A stretch of DNA of 64,000 nt from Candidatus Latescibacterota bacterium (GTDB taxonomy: Bacteria > Latescibacterota > UBA2968 > GCA-2709665). Both the position numbers and the translations under genes were made by a program. Under the pieces are notes generated by a model. That model saw nothing but the letters and a program-made list of their open reading frames with translations, did no database searches and was not told where the DNA came from. The DNA lies in NCBI GenBank assembly GCA_965205485.1, contig OZ242180.1, positions 2,944,001 to 3,008,000 of the forward strand. The letters are read 5' to 3'. How positions within the stretch are numbered: the first letter of the stretch is position 1; the number at the start of each line of letters is the position of its first letter. Shown here one piece after another: positions 48,692 to 57,686 of the stretch.

Positions 48692-49294
48692 ATGCGATCT
48701 GTCCTGAGAATCGGCCTTGTTGTCTGTTTTGCCGCAGCCTTCGCGGCTTGCGAACAACCTCCCGAAGAAGAAATCAAAGCCGCCGAAGGCGCCCTCAGCA
48801 AAGCGAAGGCCGCGGAGGCCGACGTCTATGCCGAGGAGATTTTCCGTTCAGCCGCGAATACGCTGCAAGATGCCAAGGACAAAACAGAAAAAGGCGAATA
48901 TAAAGAGGCCAGAGCTGCCGCTATCGAGGCGGAGGAACGCGCGAACCAGTCCGTCTCGCAGGCGGAAACAAACAAAGCCAAGACACGGGACGACGCTCAG
49001 GCGATCATCGATTCGGCTTCTCCAGGTCTGGCTGAAGCCCGTGAATCGCTCAACGCCGCGCCCCGGGGCAAAGGCGCGGATGAGGATCTGGACCAGCTCG
49101 ATGCAGACCTTGGCGAAGCCGAAGCGTCCTTGAATAGTGCAAAGGGCAGCCTCGAGAACGGCATGTTCATGGATGCGCTTGCCCAGGCCCAGGCCGCGGA
49201 AGGCAAGCTGGGTGGAGTACAGGATGCAGTAAAGGTCGCAATGCAGAAGATCGAAGACTGGAAAGAGGAAAACAAAGCCTGGTATCTGCGATAG
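48692..49294 (+). CDS. Ala-rich helical lipoprotein (DUF4398-like)
   Basis: Lipobox FAAC, PP.EE...A..A...A..AEA..YA; RBS AAGGAGG. Confidence 0.75.
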   Translation: MRSVLRIGLVVCFAAAFAACEQPPEEEIKAAEGALSKAKAAEADVYAEEIFRSAANTLQDAKDKTEKGEYKEARAAAIEAEERANQSVSQAETNKAKTRDDAQAIIDSASPGLAEARESLNAAPRGKGADEDLDQLDADLGEAEASLNSAKGSLENGMFMDALAQAQAAEGKLGGVQDAVKVAMQKIEDWKEENKAWYLR

Positions 49295-49326
49295 TTCATT
49301 CGAATGAATCCTACGCTGTTCAATTT

Positions 49327-49367
49327 GAAAACCGAGAAGCCTACGTTCTTCTCGGTTTTCGAGTTTT
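49327..49367 (+). terminator. Intrinsic terminator-like hairpin
   Basis: Perfect 13-bp stem GAAAACCGAGAAG/CTTCTCGGTTTTC followed by GAGTTTT. Confidence 0.65.
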
Positions 49368-49368
49368 A

Positions 49369-49554
49369 GAAGCTGTTTTAAAATTACCGGTGAGTTCCCG
49401 AGCGCGAGCGAAAGAGCGGCGGTCAAGGCGGGAAAACTCGCCTATGAGAGGCGAGCAAGCGCAGCCTCGATCTCGTAGGACGGGTGGGTTCGACCAACGC
49501 CGACCGGCGCTTTTGCAGCCGCGCGAAGACCGCTGGGAATTTTAAGACAGCTTC
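49369..49554. mobile_element. MITE-like family A, copy 4
   Basis: Same arms and inverted ends; ends 16 nt before the L,D-transpeptidase start. Confidence 0.85.
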
Positions 49555-49570
49555 TTTGGTACGCTTTGCA

Positions 49571-50197
49571 ATGCACCGGTTTCGTTTTATCCTGTTTCTG
49601 CCCTTGCTGGTCGCCGTCGCCTGCCGGTCCGGCTCACCCGAGGCCCCGAGTCCGCGTTCCGAGCTGGAGGGCGCCCCGATTCTGTCCTCCAATGCGAAGC
49701 GTCTCAAGGCGGAGGTCCGGAGGCTGGAAGCCGCGCTCGACGGGTTGATGGATGAAAAGCCGGATATCGTCATCGACACGGTACACAATCGCCTGCAGAT
49801 CTGGCGCCGGAACCGTCTGGTTGAGGAAGCGGTGTGCGCGACCGGAAGCGGAAAGATCCTGTTGAGCGACAATCGCAAATCATGGCGGTTCAACACGCCG
49901 AAGGGACCGTTCGAAATCCGGCGAAAAGTGGTGAATCCGATTTGGGAGAAGCCGGAATGGGCTTTCGTGGAAGCAGGTCTGGAGACGCCCGTACTTCCGT
50001 GGGATTTCAGACGCCTGGATCCGGTCGCCCTGGGCAAGTTCGCCCTGGATCTGGGCGACGGCTACGAGATTCACGGCAATCTCTACCCGAATCTGATCGG
50101 GCGAAACATCACCCACGGATGCATCCGTCTGAACGACGCCGACCTCGAGTCGACGTTCGCCATGGCGCAAACCGGAAGCCGCGTCTTCATCTACTGA
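49571..50197 (+). CDS. L,D-transpeptidase (YkuD) lipoprotein
   Basis: Lipobox AVAC, TPKG.F, IHG........THGCIRL. Confidence 0.92.
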   Translation: MHRFRFILFLPLLVAVACRSGSPEAPSPRSELEGAPILSSNAKRLKAEVRRLEAALDGLMDEKPDIVIDTVHNRLQIWRRNRLVEEAVCATGSGKILLSDNRKSWRFNTPKGPFEIRRKVVNPIWEKPEWAFVEAGLETPVLPWDFRRLDPVALGKFALDLGDGYEIHGNLYPNLIGRNITHGCIRLNDADLESTFAMAQTGSRVFIY

Positions 50198-50760
50198 CGC
50201 TCCCTGCCGCCATCCTCGTCGCCTTGTCCACATCGTTGACCCCGACGTGGGCCGGGAGCGTTCCGGATTCGCTCGAACAGGCGCTCCTCAACAGAAAACA
50301 GGCCCTGCACCTCGAACTTCGATTCGTCAGCGAGAACCCCGACGCGTACTATCTCGTCATCGACCTTCCCTCCCGCAACGTCTATCTGAAGGCCGGCGCA
50401 CACATCTTGAGGGTTTGCGCGATACAGCATTATCGGCTTGCGGGAGCGTCGAGCCTGTCGTCATCGCAACTCCGGTTGATCGACCGGATCGAACCGCACA
50501 GTGTCGAACCCGGAAACTCCGGGCTCCGGCTTCGCGGCAGACGGCTGCCGATCGATTTCAGCGGCCGGCTGACAGAGGGTCCCCGGGGTCGTTCCAGGCT
50601 GTATTTTTCTCCTGCCCTGCTCATCCAGCCGCACGAACTTCCCCTGCCGGCCGGGATCTTCGGCATCGCCCTCGCTTCGTCCGACGTCAAGGCGCTGGAT
50701 TCCGCTCTTCGGCCGGGATGCGCCGCGATACTCGTTCCGTCCGTGGATTTCACACCGTAA
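50194..50760 (+). CDS. L,D-transpeptidase-like protein lacking catalytic His/Cys; start uncertain (CTG)
   Basis: Signal peptide, YLVIDL..R...LK, C-terminus parallels upstream YkuD; upstream part of track ORF 49834 is shadow. Confidence 0.6.
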   Translation: MTLPAAILVALSTSLTPTWAGSVPDSLEQALLNRKQALHLELRFVSENPDAYYLVIDLPSRNVYLKAGAHILRVCAIQHYRLAGASSLSSSQLRLIDRIEPHSVEPGNSGLRLRGRRLPIDFSGRLTEGPRGRSRLYFSPALLIQPHELPLPAGIFGIALASSDVKALDSALRPGCAAILVPSVDFTP

Positions 50761-50912
50761 CAGTCCGTTGATAGAGTCGCTCTGCAGGCGAGGCCGAGCC
50801 ATTGCGGCCGAAGACAAGGCGCGCAACCGAGTCCCATCGAGCGATTCGGCGAGTGCGCGCAACGCAGGTTTTCGACCGCAAGGGCCGGATGGGCTTTTTC
50901 GACGGGCTGGTA
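50758..50912. mobile_element. MITE-like family B copy (reverse orientation)
   Basis: TAACAGTCCGTTGATAGAGTC ... GCTTTTTCGACGGGCTGG-TA; starts at TAA stop. Confidence 0.85.
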
Positions 50913-50924
50913 AGAGTCTTTCCC

Positions 50925-51872
50925 GTGAAGCAGTTTCTCCTCGCGATTCTGACGCTTGCCCTGACGCGACCCGGTCCGGCTGCCGCGCAAGATGAAACCC
51001 GTTATTCGGAAGACCCCCTGTTGCTTGGCGCCGGCGCAAGACCACTGGGGATGGGCAGCGCTTTTGTGGCCGTAAGTGACGATGCAACAGCCATTTACTG
51101 GAACCCCGCGGGACTTGAGCGGCTCCAGAGACGGGAATTGCAGATACAACATGCCGAGCAGTTCGGCGGTACGGTCAACCACGACGTTTTTACTCTGAGC
51201 GGGCCCTCTCCCCTCGGCGGTTTCGGCGTCGGGCTGACGCGCCTTGGCGTTGACGGCGTCAAGATCACCACACTGGAGGATCCTGCGCTTGCACCGGGTC
51301 CGGACAACCGTCCGGTCGTTTCCCGTGTCGCGAGTACAACCGAGTACCACCTCCATCTTGCGTTCGGCCGAAGCCTGAGGTCGAATCTGTTGGCCGGCGC
51401 CGGAGTGAAGCTCGTATCCCGCAGCCTCGGCACCGGCACCGGATCGGGATTCGGGATCGACGCCGGAATGCTCTATATGCCCCGGGCGGACCTGACTGCG
51501 GGATTGATGATTCGTAATCTCATCCCCATGAAGATCACCTTCGACTCGGGTTCTTCGGACCGGGTCCCGCCGGTCCTCGTCCTCGGTCTTGCGCTCGCAA
51601 GACCTGTTTCGGCGGTCGACGGACGGATCACCTGCAGTGGAAGTGTCAGCATCGGCGAGGAAAAATCCGCCGCTGACCGTTTTCAGGGTGCGAGGGTTGG
51701 CGTCGAATACCTCTATCGGAAGAAGCTGGCTTTCCGTCTGGGCGCAAGGGGGAATCACTTTACCGCGGGCGCGGGCGTCCGGCTGGGTGGACGCGTCGCT
51801 TTCGACCTCGCCTTTCTGGAACACGGTGAATTGGACAACACCTATCGCATCTCGGGTTCCGTGTATTTCTGA
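50925..51872 (+). CDS. PorV/PorQ family outer-membrane beta-barrel
   Basis: Signal peptide, G.GARPLGMG.AFVAV.DDA.A.YWNPAGL, terminal F. Confidence 0.85.
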   Translation: MKQFLLAILTLALTRPGPAAAQDETRYSEDPLLLGAGARPLGMGSAFVAVSDDATAIYWNPAGLERLQRRELQIQHAEQFGGTVNHDVFTLSGPSPLGGFGVGLTRLGVDGVKITTLEDPALAPGPDNRPVVSRVASTTEYHLHLAFGRSLRSNLLAGAGVKLVSRSLGTGTGSGFGIDAGMLYMPRADLTAGLMIRNLIPMKITFDSGSSDRVPPVLVLGLALARPVSAVDGRITCSGSVSIGEEKSAADRFQGARVGVEYLYRKKLAFRLGARGNHFTAGAGVRLGGRVAFDLAFLEHGELDNTYRISGSVYF

Positions 51873-51887
51873 ACCGATAACTCGTCT

Positions 51888-52778
51888 ATGTCAAGCGCGG
51901 CCGATTTCAAATCCGGATATATCGCAATCGCGGGGAAAGCCAACGTGGGTAAGTCCACGCTGTTCAACCTGCTCATCGGCGAGCGCCTGTCCATTGTGAC
52001 CGCGAAACCTCAGACCACGCGGCACCGGGTATCGGGCATTCTTACCTCGCGGACGTCTCAGATGATTTTTCTGGATACGCCGGGATTGTTTCAGCCCCGT
52101 TGTCGTCTGCACGAGCGAATGTGCGATCAGATAAGGCGTTCCGTGAGTGACGCGGACGTGTTTCTCGGTGTGGTTGACGCCTCGGACTTCGATGCCACCT
52201 TCGACCGGGAAATGCGCGAAGTCCTCCGCAGGGTCAGGAGCCCGCGCATCGTCGCGGTCAATAAATCCGACCTGGTTTCACAGGCCCGGGCAACGCAGTG
52301 CGAGGATACCGTGAGGAAAGAAGCCAACGTAAAGGAAGTCATGACGGTTTCCGCCCAAACCGGTTACAATGTCGAACCGCTTCTGACCAGTCTGGAGCAG
52401 GCGCTGCCTTCAGGCCCCTTATTCTTCCCGGAAGACACGCTCACCGAGCACCCGGAGCGGTTTTTCGTGACCGAGCTCATCAGGGAGGAGATCTTTCTGC
52501 AACTTCGCCAGGAACTGCCCTATGCAACGACGGTCAAGGTGGAGGCATTCCTGGAGGACAGCCGCAGAACCAGTATCCGGGCCAGTATCGTCGTCGAACG
52601 AGAGTCCCAGAAGGGCATCGTCATAGGAAGGAATGGTAAAACCCTCAAGTCCATCGGCAAGATTGCGCGAGGCAAGATTGAGGCCTTCCTGGACGTTCCG
52701 GTCTATCTTGACCTGCGGGTGAAAGTCTTCCGGAATTGGCGGAAGAAAGAACAGGCCCTGCGGGGTTTCGGCTACTGA
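51888..52778 (+). CDS. era: GTPase Era
   Basis: GKANVGKS, PQTTR, DTPG, NKSD, KH-domain SQKGIVIG. Confidence 0.96.
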   Translation: MSSAADFKSGYIAIAGKANVGKSTLFNLLIGERLSIVTAKPQTTRHRVSGILTSRTSQMIFLDTPGLFQPRCRLHERMCDQIRRSVSDADVFLGVVDASDFDATFDREMREVLRRVRSPRIVAVNKSDLVSQARATQCEDTVRKEANVKEVMTVSAQTGYNVEPLLTSLEQALPSGPLFFPEDTLTEHPERFFVTELIREEIFLQLRQELPYATTVKVEAFLEDSRRTSIRASIVVERESQKGIVIGRNGKTLKSIGKIARGKIEAFLDVPVYLDLRVKVFRNWRKKEQALRGFGY

Positions 52779-52780
52779 AC

Positions 52781-53827
52781 GTGGATTCGACGGTGCCTCA
52801 GACCATAAAGACACTGCTCAAGTTTTCCATCGGGGCGGCGCTTGCCGCAGGGTTTCTGTGGTTGGCCTTTCATGACGTTGCGCCCGCCAAATTGTGGTCT
52901 GCAGTCAGGCAGGCCAGCGCTTCCTGGCTTGCCCTGAGTGTTTTTCTGCTCTTCCTCTCGATCTTCCCTCGAGCCTGGCGTTGGCGGATCCTCTTGAATC
53001 CCGTGAGCCGTGAGGTGTCCTTCCTGAGGGCCAGCCACGCCATACTCGTGGGCTACGCGGCCACCAACGTCATTTCCCGTGCCGGCGAGATTGCGCGCGG
53101 GGTCGCGCTTCAACGGGACCAGCGCCTGCCGTTGAGCGGCGTTCTCGCCACCATCCTCGTGGAACGGGCGATCGATATGCTGGCTCTCCTCATCTTTCTG
53201 GATGGGGTTCTCTATTTTACGAGAGACAGAATCGCCGCGGCGTTCCCATGGATGGAAGGGGTCGCGCTCTTCGCGCTGGCGGCCACGGTGGCCGTGCTCG
53301 TGCTTTTCGCGATTCTGTCGATCTACGGTGATCGCGCATCGAACATTGTGAGGTTACCGGTACGCTGGGTTTCCCGATCGGCTGCGGACCGGCTGACCGG
53401 CATTCTCCGGTCCTTGTTTCAGGGATTGGGCGGCGTTCACGCGATCTCGGGCTATGCCGGCATCCTTGTGTCCAGCATTCTTCTCAACCTGGTCTATATT
53501 CTCGTCACCTACGTTACATTCTTCGCGTTCGGTTTCCCGTCCCGGTACGACCTTGGTTTTCTGGACGCAGTCGTGGTCCTGGTCATTTCGACCATCGGCG
53601 TCATCATCCCCACACCGGGCGGGACGGGCACGTACCACTATTTCTGCAGCCAGACCCTCAACGCGGTATTCGACGTACCGCTCGCGGACGCTCTTGCCTA
53701 TGCGACAGTGATGCATGGCATTGCCTTTGTCACCTACCTGGTTGCGGGGGGACCTGGGTTGATACGCCTTTTGCTCGCCCGCAGGCTCGGCGCCGTGCAA
53801 AACGCCGATTCAAATGAGACTAAATAA
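52781..53827 (+). CDS. Lysylphosphatidylglycerol synthase TM-domain (flippase-like) protein
   Basis: RAWRW..LL, RAGE..R, VER..D, PTPGG.G.YH. Confidence 0.88.
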   Translation: MDSTVPQTIKTLLKFSIGAALAAGFLWLAFHDVAPAKLWSAVRQASASWLALSVFLLFLSIFPRAWRWRILLNPVSREVSFLRASHAILVGYAATNVISRAGEIARGVALQRDQRLPLSGVLATILVERAIDMLALLIFLDGVLYFTRDRIAAAFPWMEGVALFALAATVAVLVLFAILSIYGDRASNIVRLPVRWVSRSAADRLTGILRSLFQGLGGVHAISGYAGILVSSILLNLVYILVTYVTFFAFGFPSRYDLGFLDAVVVLVISTIGVIIPTPGGTGTYHYFCSQTLNAVFDVPLADALAYATVMHGIAFVTYLVAGGPGLIRLLLARRLGAVQNADSNETK

Positions 53828-53857
53828 AAAAGGCGCGAACAAAAATGTCCGCGTCCT
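53822..53857 (-). terminator. Intrinsic terminator
   Basis: Minus strand GGACGCGGACA-TTTT-TGTTCGCGCC then TTTTTTATTT. Confidence 0.6.
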
Positions 53858-53886
53858 GCCTGTGCCAACCGATTTCTCTCTCACGA

Positions 53887-54195
53887 TCAGGACTGCAGCC
53901 GCCGGGACATCTCCATCGCCTCCTCCGCCTCTTCGATCATTCCCTTTTGCTGGTAGAGCCTCGAAAGACTCGTATGTGCAAGCGGTTCCTCAGGCGCGAT
54001 TCGAATCGCTTCCCGCGCGTGCAGAATGGCATCGTCGACCTTTCCCTGCCTGTCCAATACCTGCGCCAGGCCCAGATGACCCATGTAGAAATCCGGATCT
54101 ACTTCCAGCGCCTGATGGAACTTCTCAAGAGCCCCATCGAGGCTGCCCGAGGAAATCAGCTTCAAACCTTCCCTGTAGTGGTCTTTGGCCGCCAA
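53887..54195 (-). CDS. Small TPR protein
   Basis: ALEVDP...GLA, AI.IAP.EPLAHTSLS..Y. Confidence 0.8.
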   Translation of the reverse strand: MAAKDHYREGLKLISSGSLDGALEKFHQALEVDPDFYMGHLGLAQVLDRQGKVDDAILHAREAIRIAPEEPLAHTSLSRLYQQKGMIEEAEEAMEMSRRLQS

Positions 54196-54304
54196 TTCTC
54201 ACGTTCTCCCGTAATTTTGAATTCAGACACCGCCAGACGACGGTTTCCCGCCGCACTGCAGCGGGATGGCCCGGCGTTCGACGCTGCCCGGTTTCCTGGT
54301 CTTA

Positions 54305-57300
54305 CTAGAAATGCCCCGTGATGTCAATTGAGAAATACTGGTGGGGGTGGTAGGTCTGTGCGAAGTCCGTGGGCCAGGCCAGATCGTACCGGAACAGGAA
54401 ATAACCCAGGTTCACGCGAACGCCGAATCCGTACCCCGCGGCCATCTGCGGTTTTTCGAACCCGTGCTTGGACCTTCCCTCGCGGAAGTGCTGCGGCACA
54501 TTGAGCTCGAACCCGCCGTCGCGGGCGATCCACCCGTCCCTCCACCTCGCCCTGTCGAAGGCGCCGCCGATGTCCAGGAACAGTTCACCCTGGACGTTCT
54601 GGAAGAAGAGCGGCAGCGGCCATCCCATGGCCAGTTCCCGGATGAGGGGAAAACGAAACGCCGCATTGCCCAGCACATAGGTATCTCCAGCCAGCTCGAA
54701 CAGCTCCACGCCGCGCAGCGGCCAGACGAAACTGGAGAAGAATATCCGGTCCTGATCAACATTGGCAAATGTTGAGAAATTCGGATTCACGGGGTTGTTG
54801 ACGCCCCCCACGAAATAAACTCGCTTGTTGGGGCCGAAGCTGGTGCCTGCGGAGACACGAAAGGCAAGCGTATATTCGCCAAGCGCGAGCATGTAATGGC
54901 GAAGGTCCGCGTTGAATGCCGCAAATCGCATGCCCGCCCAGCTTCCTTCAGCGCCAAGGCGCACCCGTCGTCCGTCCACGGCGCCGAAACCGCTCATCAG
55001 CGAGTTGTCGTCCACCAGCGCCAGATAGGAAACCACAGCTCCGCGGGAATCGACTTCGGTGCCCGAAAGCCCGCGCAGGCTGCTGCCGGTGAAACCGCGC
55101 CGAACCCACCGATTGTCGTAACGTTCCCGTTCCAGGCGTTCGCGGGAAATCCTGATGCCCCTTGTGCCCAGCTCCAACCTGCTGAAACGGCTGAACGGCC
55201 TGACCAGGCTGGCTTCCGCGCCGAAATACCGATCGGCATTCAACTGCCCCCGATCGAAGAAGAACAGACGCGTATGGAAGGCGCTGAGGTAATAGTTGGT
55301 CTGGTGCTTGAGGTTCTGGTATCCCAGGAAGAGGTCGCTGTCCTTGAGAGAGAAGCTCAGCCCGGTCTGTATGATGAGCCGGTGGTCGCCCATCACGTCG
55401 GTCAGGGACAACTGGAGCAGGCTGCTCACACCGTAGAACGTGTCGAAGCCCGCGTTGGCCCCGAAGAATTCGGGTTTGAGTTTCACGCGGTACTTGTTCA
55501 CCGTGAACTCCCGGTTCCAGTCGCGGAGCGTCAGCTCCCGGTCGCCGTCCGCCGCCAGCGTATCCGCTCCTGCCGCCTCCTCGTCGTCGCCGCGCGCCTC
55601 CGCCGCCGCCAGCGCCATCTGGTCCGACATCCACGTCTCCACCTTCCTGTCCGCCGCCGCAACCACCGCCGCCGTGTCTTCCCTCGCGGCCACACCCCCG
55701 CTGTCGGCATCCGCCTCCGCAATCGCCTTCAGCTCCTGCCGCCGCTCGCGCTGCAGCTCCACGAACGGACGGTCCTCGATGCCTGCCAGCCGCTTCGCGT
55801 AACGCGTCAGCGGCAGGTCCTCCATCCCCCGCTTCTGCTTGCGCGGGTCCTTCATCACGAAGATGTCATAACCCCCGCGGTGGAACGTCGTGAACGCCAG
55901 CTTCCTGCCGTCCGCGCTCCAGTCGATATACCGCGCCCCCGACAGCAGATTGCTGATCGGATACATCTGCGAGCCGTCCACGTGCGCGATGTAGATGTTG
56001 CCCACGCCCGTCCTGTCCGACACGAACGCCAGCGTCTGCGAGTCCGGCCCCCACGTGGGATGACTGTCGTTCACGTCGCTTTCCACTACCCGCCGGATCT
56101 CGCTCCCGTCCGCCTTCAGCACGAACACGTCATACACCCCGAACTCGAAGTCCTTAGACCCGTCATACGAAAGGTCCGCCGACGGCCGGTCCGAACTGAT
56201 CGCGATCCATTTCCCGTCCGGCGACCAGTCCAGGTGCTTCTCGTCATACGGATCACGCGTCATCCGCCGCAGACGCTCGTCACCCACGTCCACCACATAC
56301 ACGTCCGACCACCCGTCCTTCAACCCCACGATCGCGATCTGCTTCCCGTCCGGCGACCACGTGGGCTCGAACAACCCGTCCAGATCGAACTTGAAGCGCT
56401 TCGTCACCCGCTTCTTCCTCACGTCCAGCGTATACAGCGTGTTCTTGTTGCGCGACTTCGCCGCAAACGCGATCTGCTTACCGTCCGGCGACCACGTGAT
56501 GCCAGGCCGCAGCACGAACAACCCCTCGAAGTCCGACGAGCGCTCCCCCTCCACCAGCCGGCCCAGGTCCTGACCGTCGATCGCCGACATCAGGTAGATG
56601 TCGAACGTGCCCTGACGCTCCGTCACATACGCGATCTTGTCGCCCTGCGGTGAAAACGACGGCGCGATGTTGTAAAAGCCCCGACCCGCGCCCGCCTCCG
56701 TCAGCTGCTTCGCCACCTCCTCCGACGGATGGTGCAGGTTGATCTCGTTCCAATACTGACGCTTCAGCCACAACTGCCACTTCTCGTCCAGCTCCTCCAC
56801 ACCCTCGCCCACCGACGCCTTCAGCGCCTTGTCAACGGACCGCGCCGAACGGAACGAAGAAATGAACTCCGCCACCTTGTCCTTGCCATACTCCTCCTCG
56901 ATCATCACGAAGACGGACTGCCCCCCCTTATACGCGAACGCGCCGCTCAACGACATCATCCCAGGTACAAAGCCCGTGATCGTCGCGTGACGCATGAAAT
57001 TGTCGCCCTCACGGTCCCAGCCCCCCTGCGACAGATACTCCGCCACCCCTTCCGCGATCCACAGCGGCGGCAGCGACGCCGTCTGCGTCATCATCGCACC
57101 CAGCCATCCGCCGCCCGTCCACATCTCCAGCGTCACCACGTGCGCCAGCTCGTGGTGGATCACGTGACGGAAATCGGCATACGACCCCGTATACGGGATC
57201 ACCACCCGACCCTGCGCGAACTCCGTAAAACCGCCCGTGAACTCCGACTGCTCCGTCGGCAGGATGTTCGTCACCGAAAACCCGTTGTGAGAGTTGTAGA

Positions 57301-57556
57301 TCACGATCGGGTACCGGTCCTTCAGCGTATACTTCAGATCCTTCTCCAGACGCACCAGCGATCGCTCCGCCTCCTTCGCCGCAAACTCCGCCGCAGGCTG
57401 CGACGCCTTGTCGAAATAGACCTTGAAATGCTCCGTCTCCAAAAAATGCCAGTCGTAATCGTCATACGTCACCTTGTTCTTGCCGAAATACTCCTGCCCG
57501 CCCGCCACGCCGTACGCGAACAACACGATTCCGAGTAGAAGAAACCACCTGGACAT
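54305..57556 (-). CDS. Omp85/BamA-like protein with peptidase MA-like domain and PD40 (TolB) propellers
   Basis: FGKNKV.Y, HHELAH..W..EG.AEY, repeated WSPDG, PLRG motif, aromatic C-terminus; RBS AAGGAG. Confidence 0.85.
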   Translation of the reverse strand: MSRWFLLLGIVLFAYGVAGGQEYFGKNKVTYDDYDWHFLETEHFKVYFDKASQPAAEFAAKEAERSLVRLEKDLKYTLKDRYPIVIYNSHNGFSVTNILPTEQSEFTGGFTEFAQGRVVIPYTGSYADFRHVIHHELAHVVTLEMWTGGGWLGAMMTQTASLPPLWIAEGVAEYLSQGGWDREGDNFMRHATITGFVPGMMSLSGAFAYKGGQSVFVMIEEEYGKDKVAEFISSFRSARSVDKALKASVGEGVEELDEKWQLWLKRQYWNEINLHHPSEEVAKQLTEAGAGRGFYNIAPSFSPQGDKIAYVTERQGTFDIYLMSAIDGQDLGRLVEGERSSDFEGLFVLRPGITWSPDGKQIAFAAKSRNKNTLYTLDVRKKRVTKRFKFDLDGLFEPTWSPDGKQIAIVGLKDGWSDVYVVDVGDERLRRMTRDPYDEKHLDWSPDGKWIAISSDRPSADLSYDGSKDFEFGVYDVFVLKADGSEIRRVVESDVNDSHPTWGPDSQTLAFVSDRTGVGNIYIAHVDGSQMYPISNLLSGARYIDWSADGRKLAFTTFHRGGYDIFVMKDPRKQKRGMEDLPLTRYAKRLAGIEDRPFVELQRERRQELKAIAEADADSGGVAAREDTAAVVAAADRKVETWMSDQMALAAAEARGDDEEAAGADTLAADGDRELTLRDWNREFTVNKYRVKLKPEFFGANAGFDTFYGVSSLLQLSLTDVMGDHRLIIQTGLSFSLKDSDLFLGYQNLKHQTNYYLSAFHTRLFFFDRGQLNADRYFGAEASLVRPFSRFSRLELGTRGIRISRERLERERYDNRWVRRGFTGSSLRGLSGTEVDSRGAVVSYLALVDDNSLMSGFGAVDGRRVRLGAEGSWAGMRFAAFNADLRHYMLALGEYTLAFRVSAGTSFGPNKRVYFVGGVNNPVNPNFSTFANVDQDRIFFSSFVWPLRGVELFELAGDTYVLGNAAFRFPLIRELAMGWPLPLFFQNVQGELFLDIGGAFDRARWRDGWIARDGGFELNVPQHFREGRSKHGFEKPQMAAGYGFGVRVNLGYFLFRYDLAWPTDFAQTYHPHQYFSIDITGHF

Positions 57557-57686
57557 ATCCAAGCTCCTTGAATTGTAGACGAGCCGTATCGGGTGCCGCA
57601 TCGCTTGGAAATTGAGAGGAAAAGGCCGGTTTACACGGCCTTCCGTCGGCTTCTGCTGCCGCCGCCGTTCGGGTTTCCGCCATTGC

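Noticed and set aside
50430..51824. 464-aa minus-strand ORF
   Set aside because: Antisense to the PorV/PorQ gene and reads through a MITE
54896..57538. Long plus-strand ORFs 54896..56653 and 56729..57538
   Set aside because: Antisense shadows of the Omp85-like gene caused by codon bias
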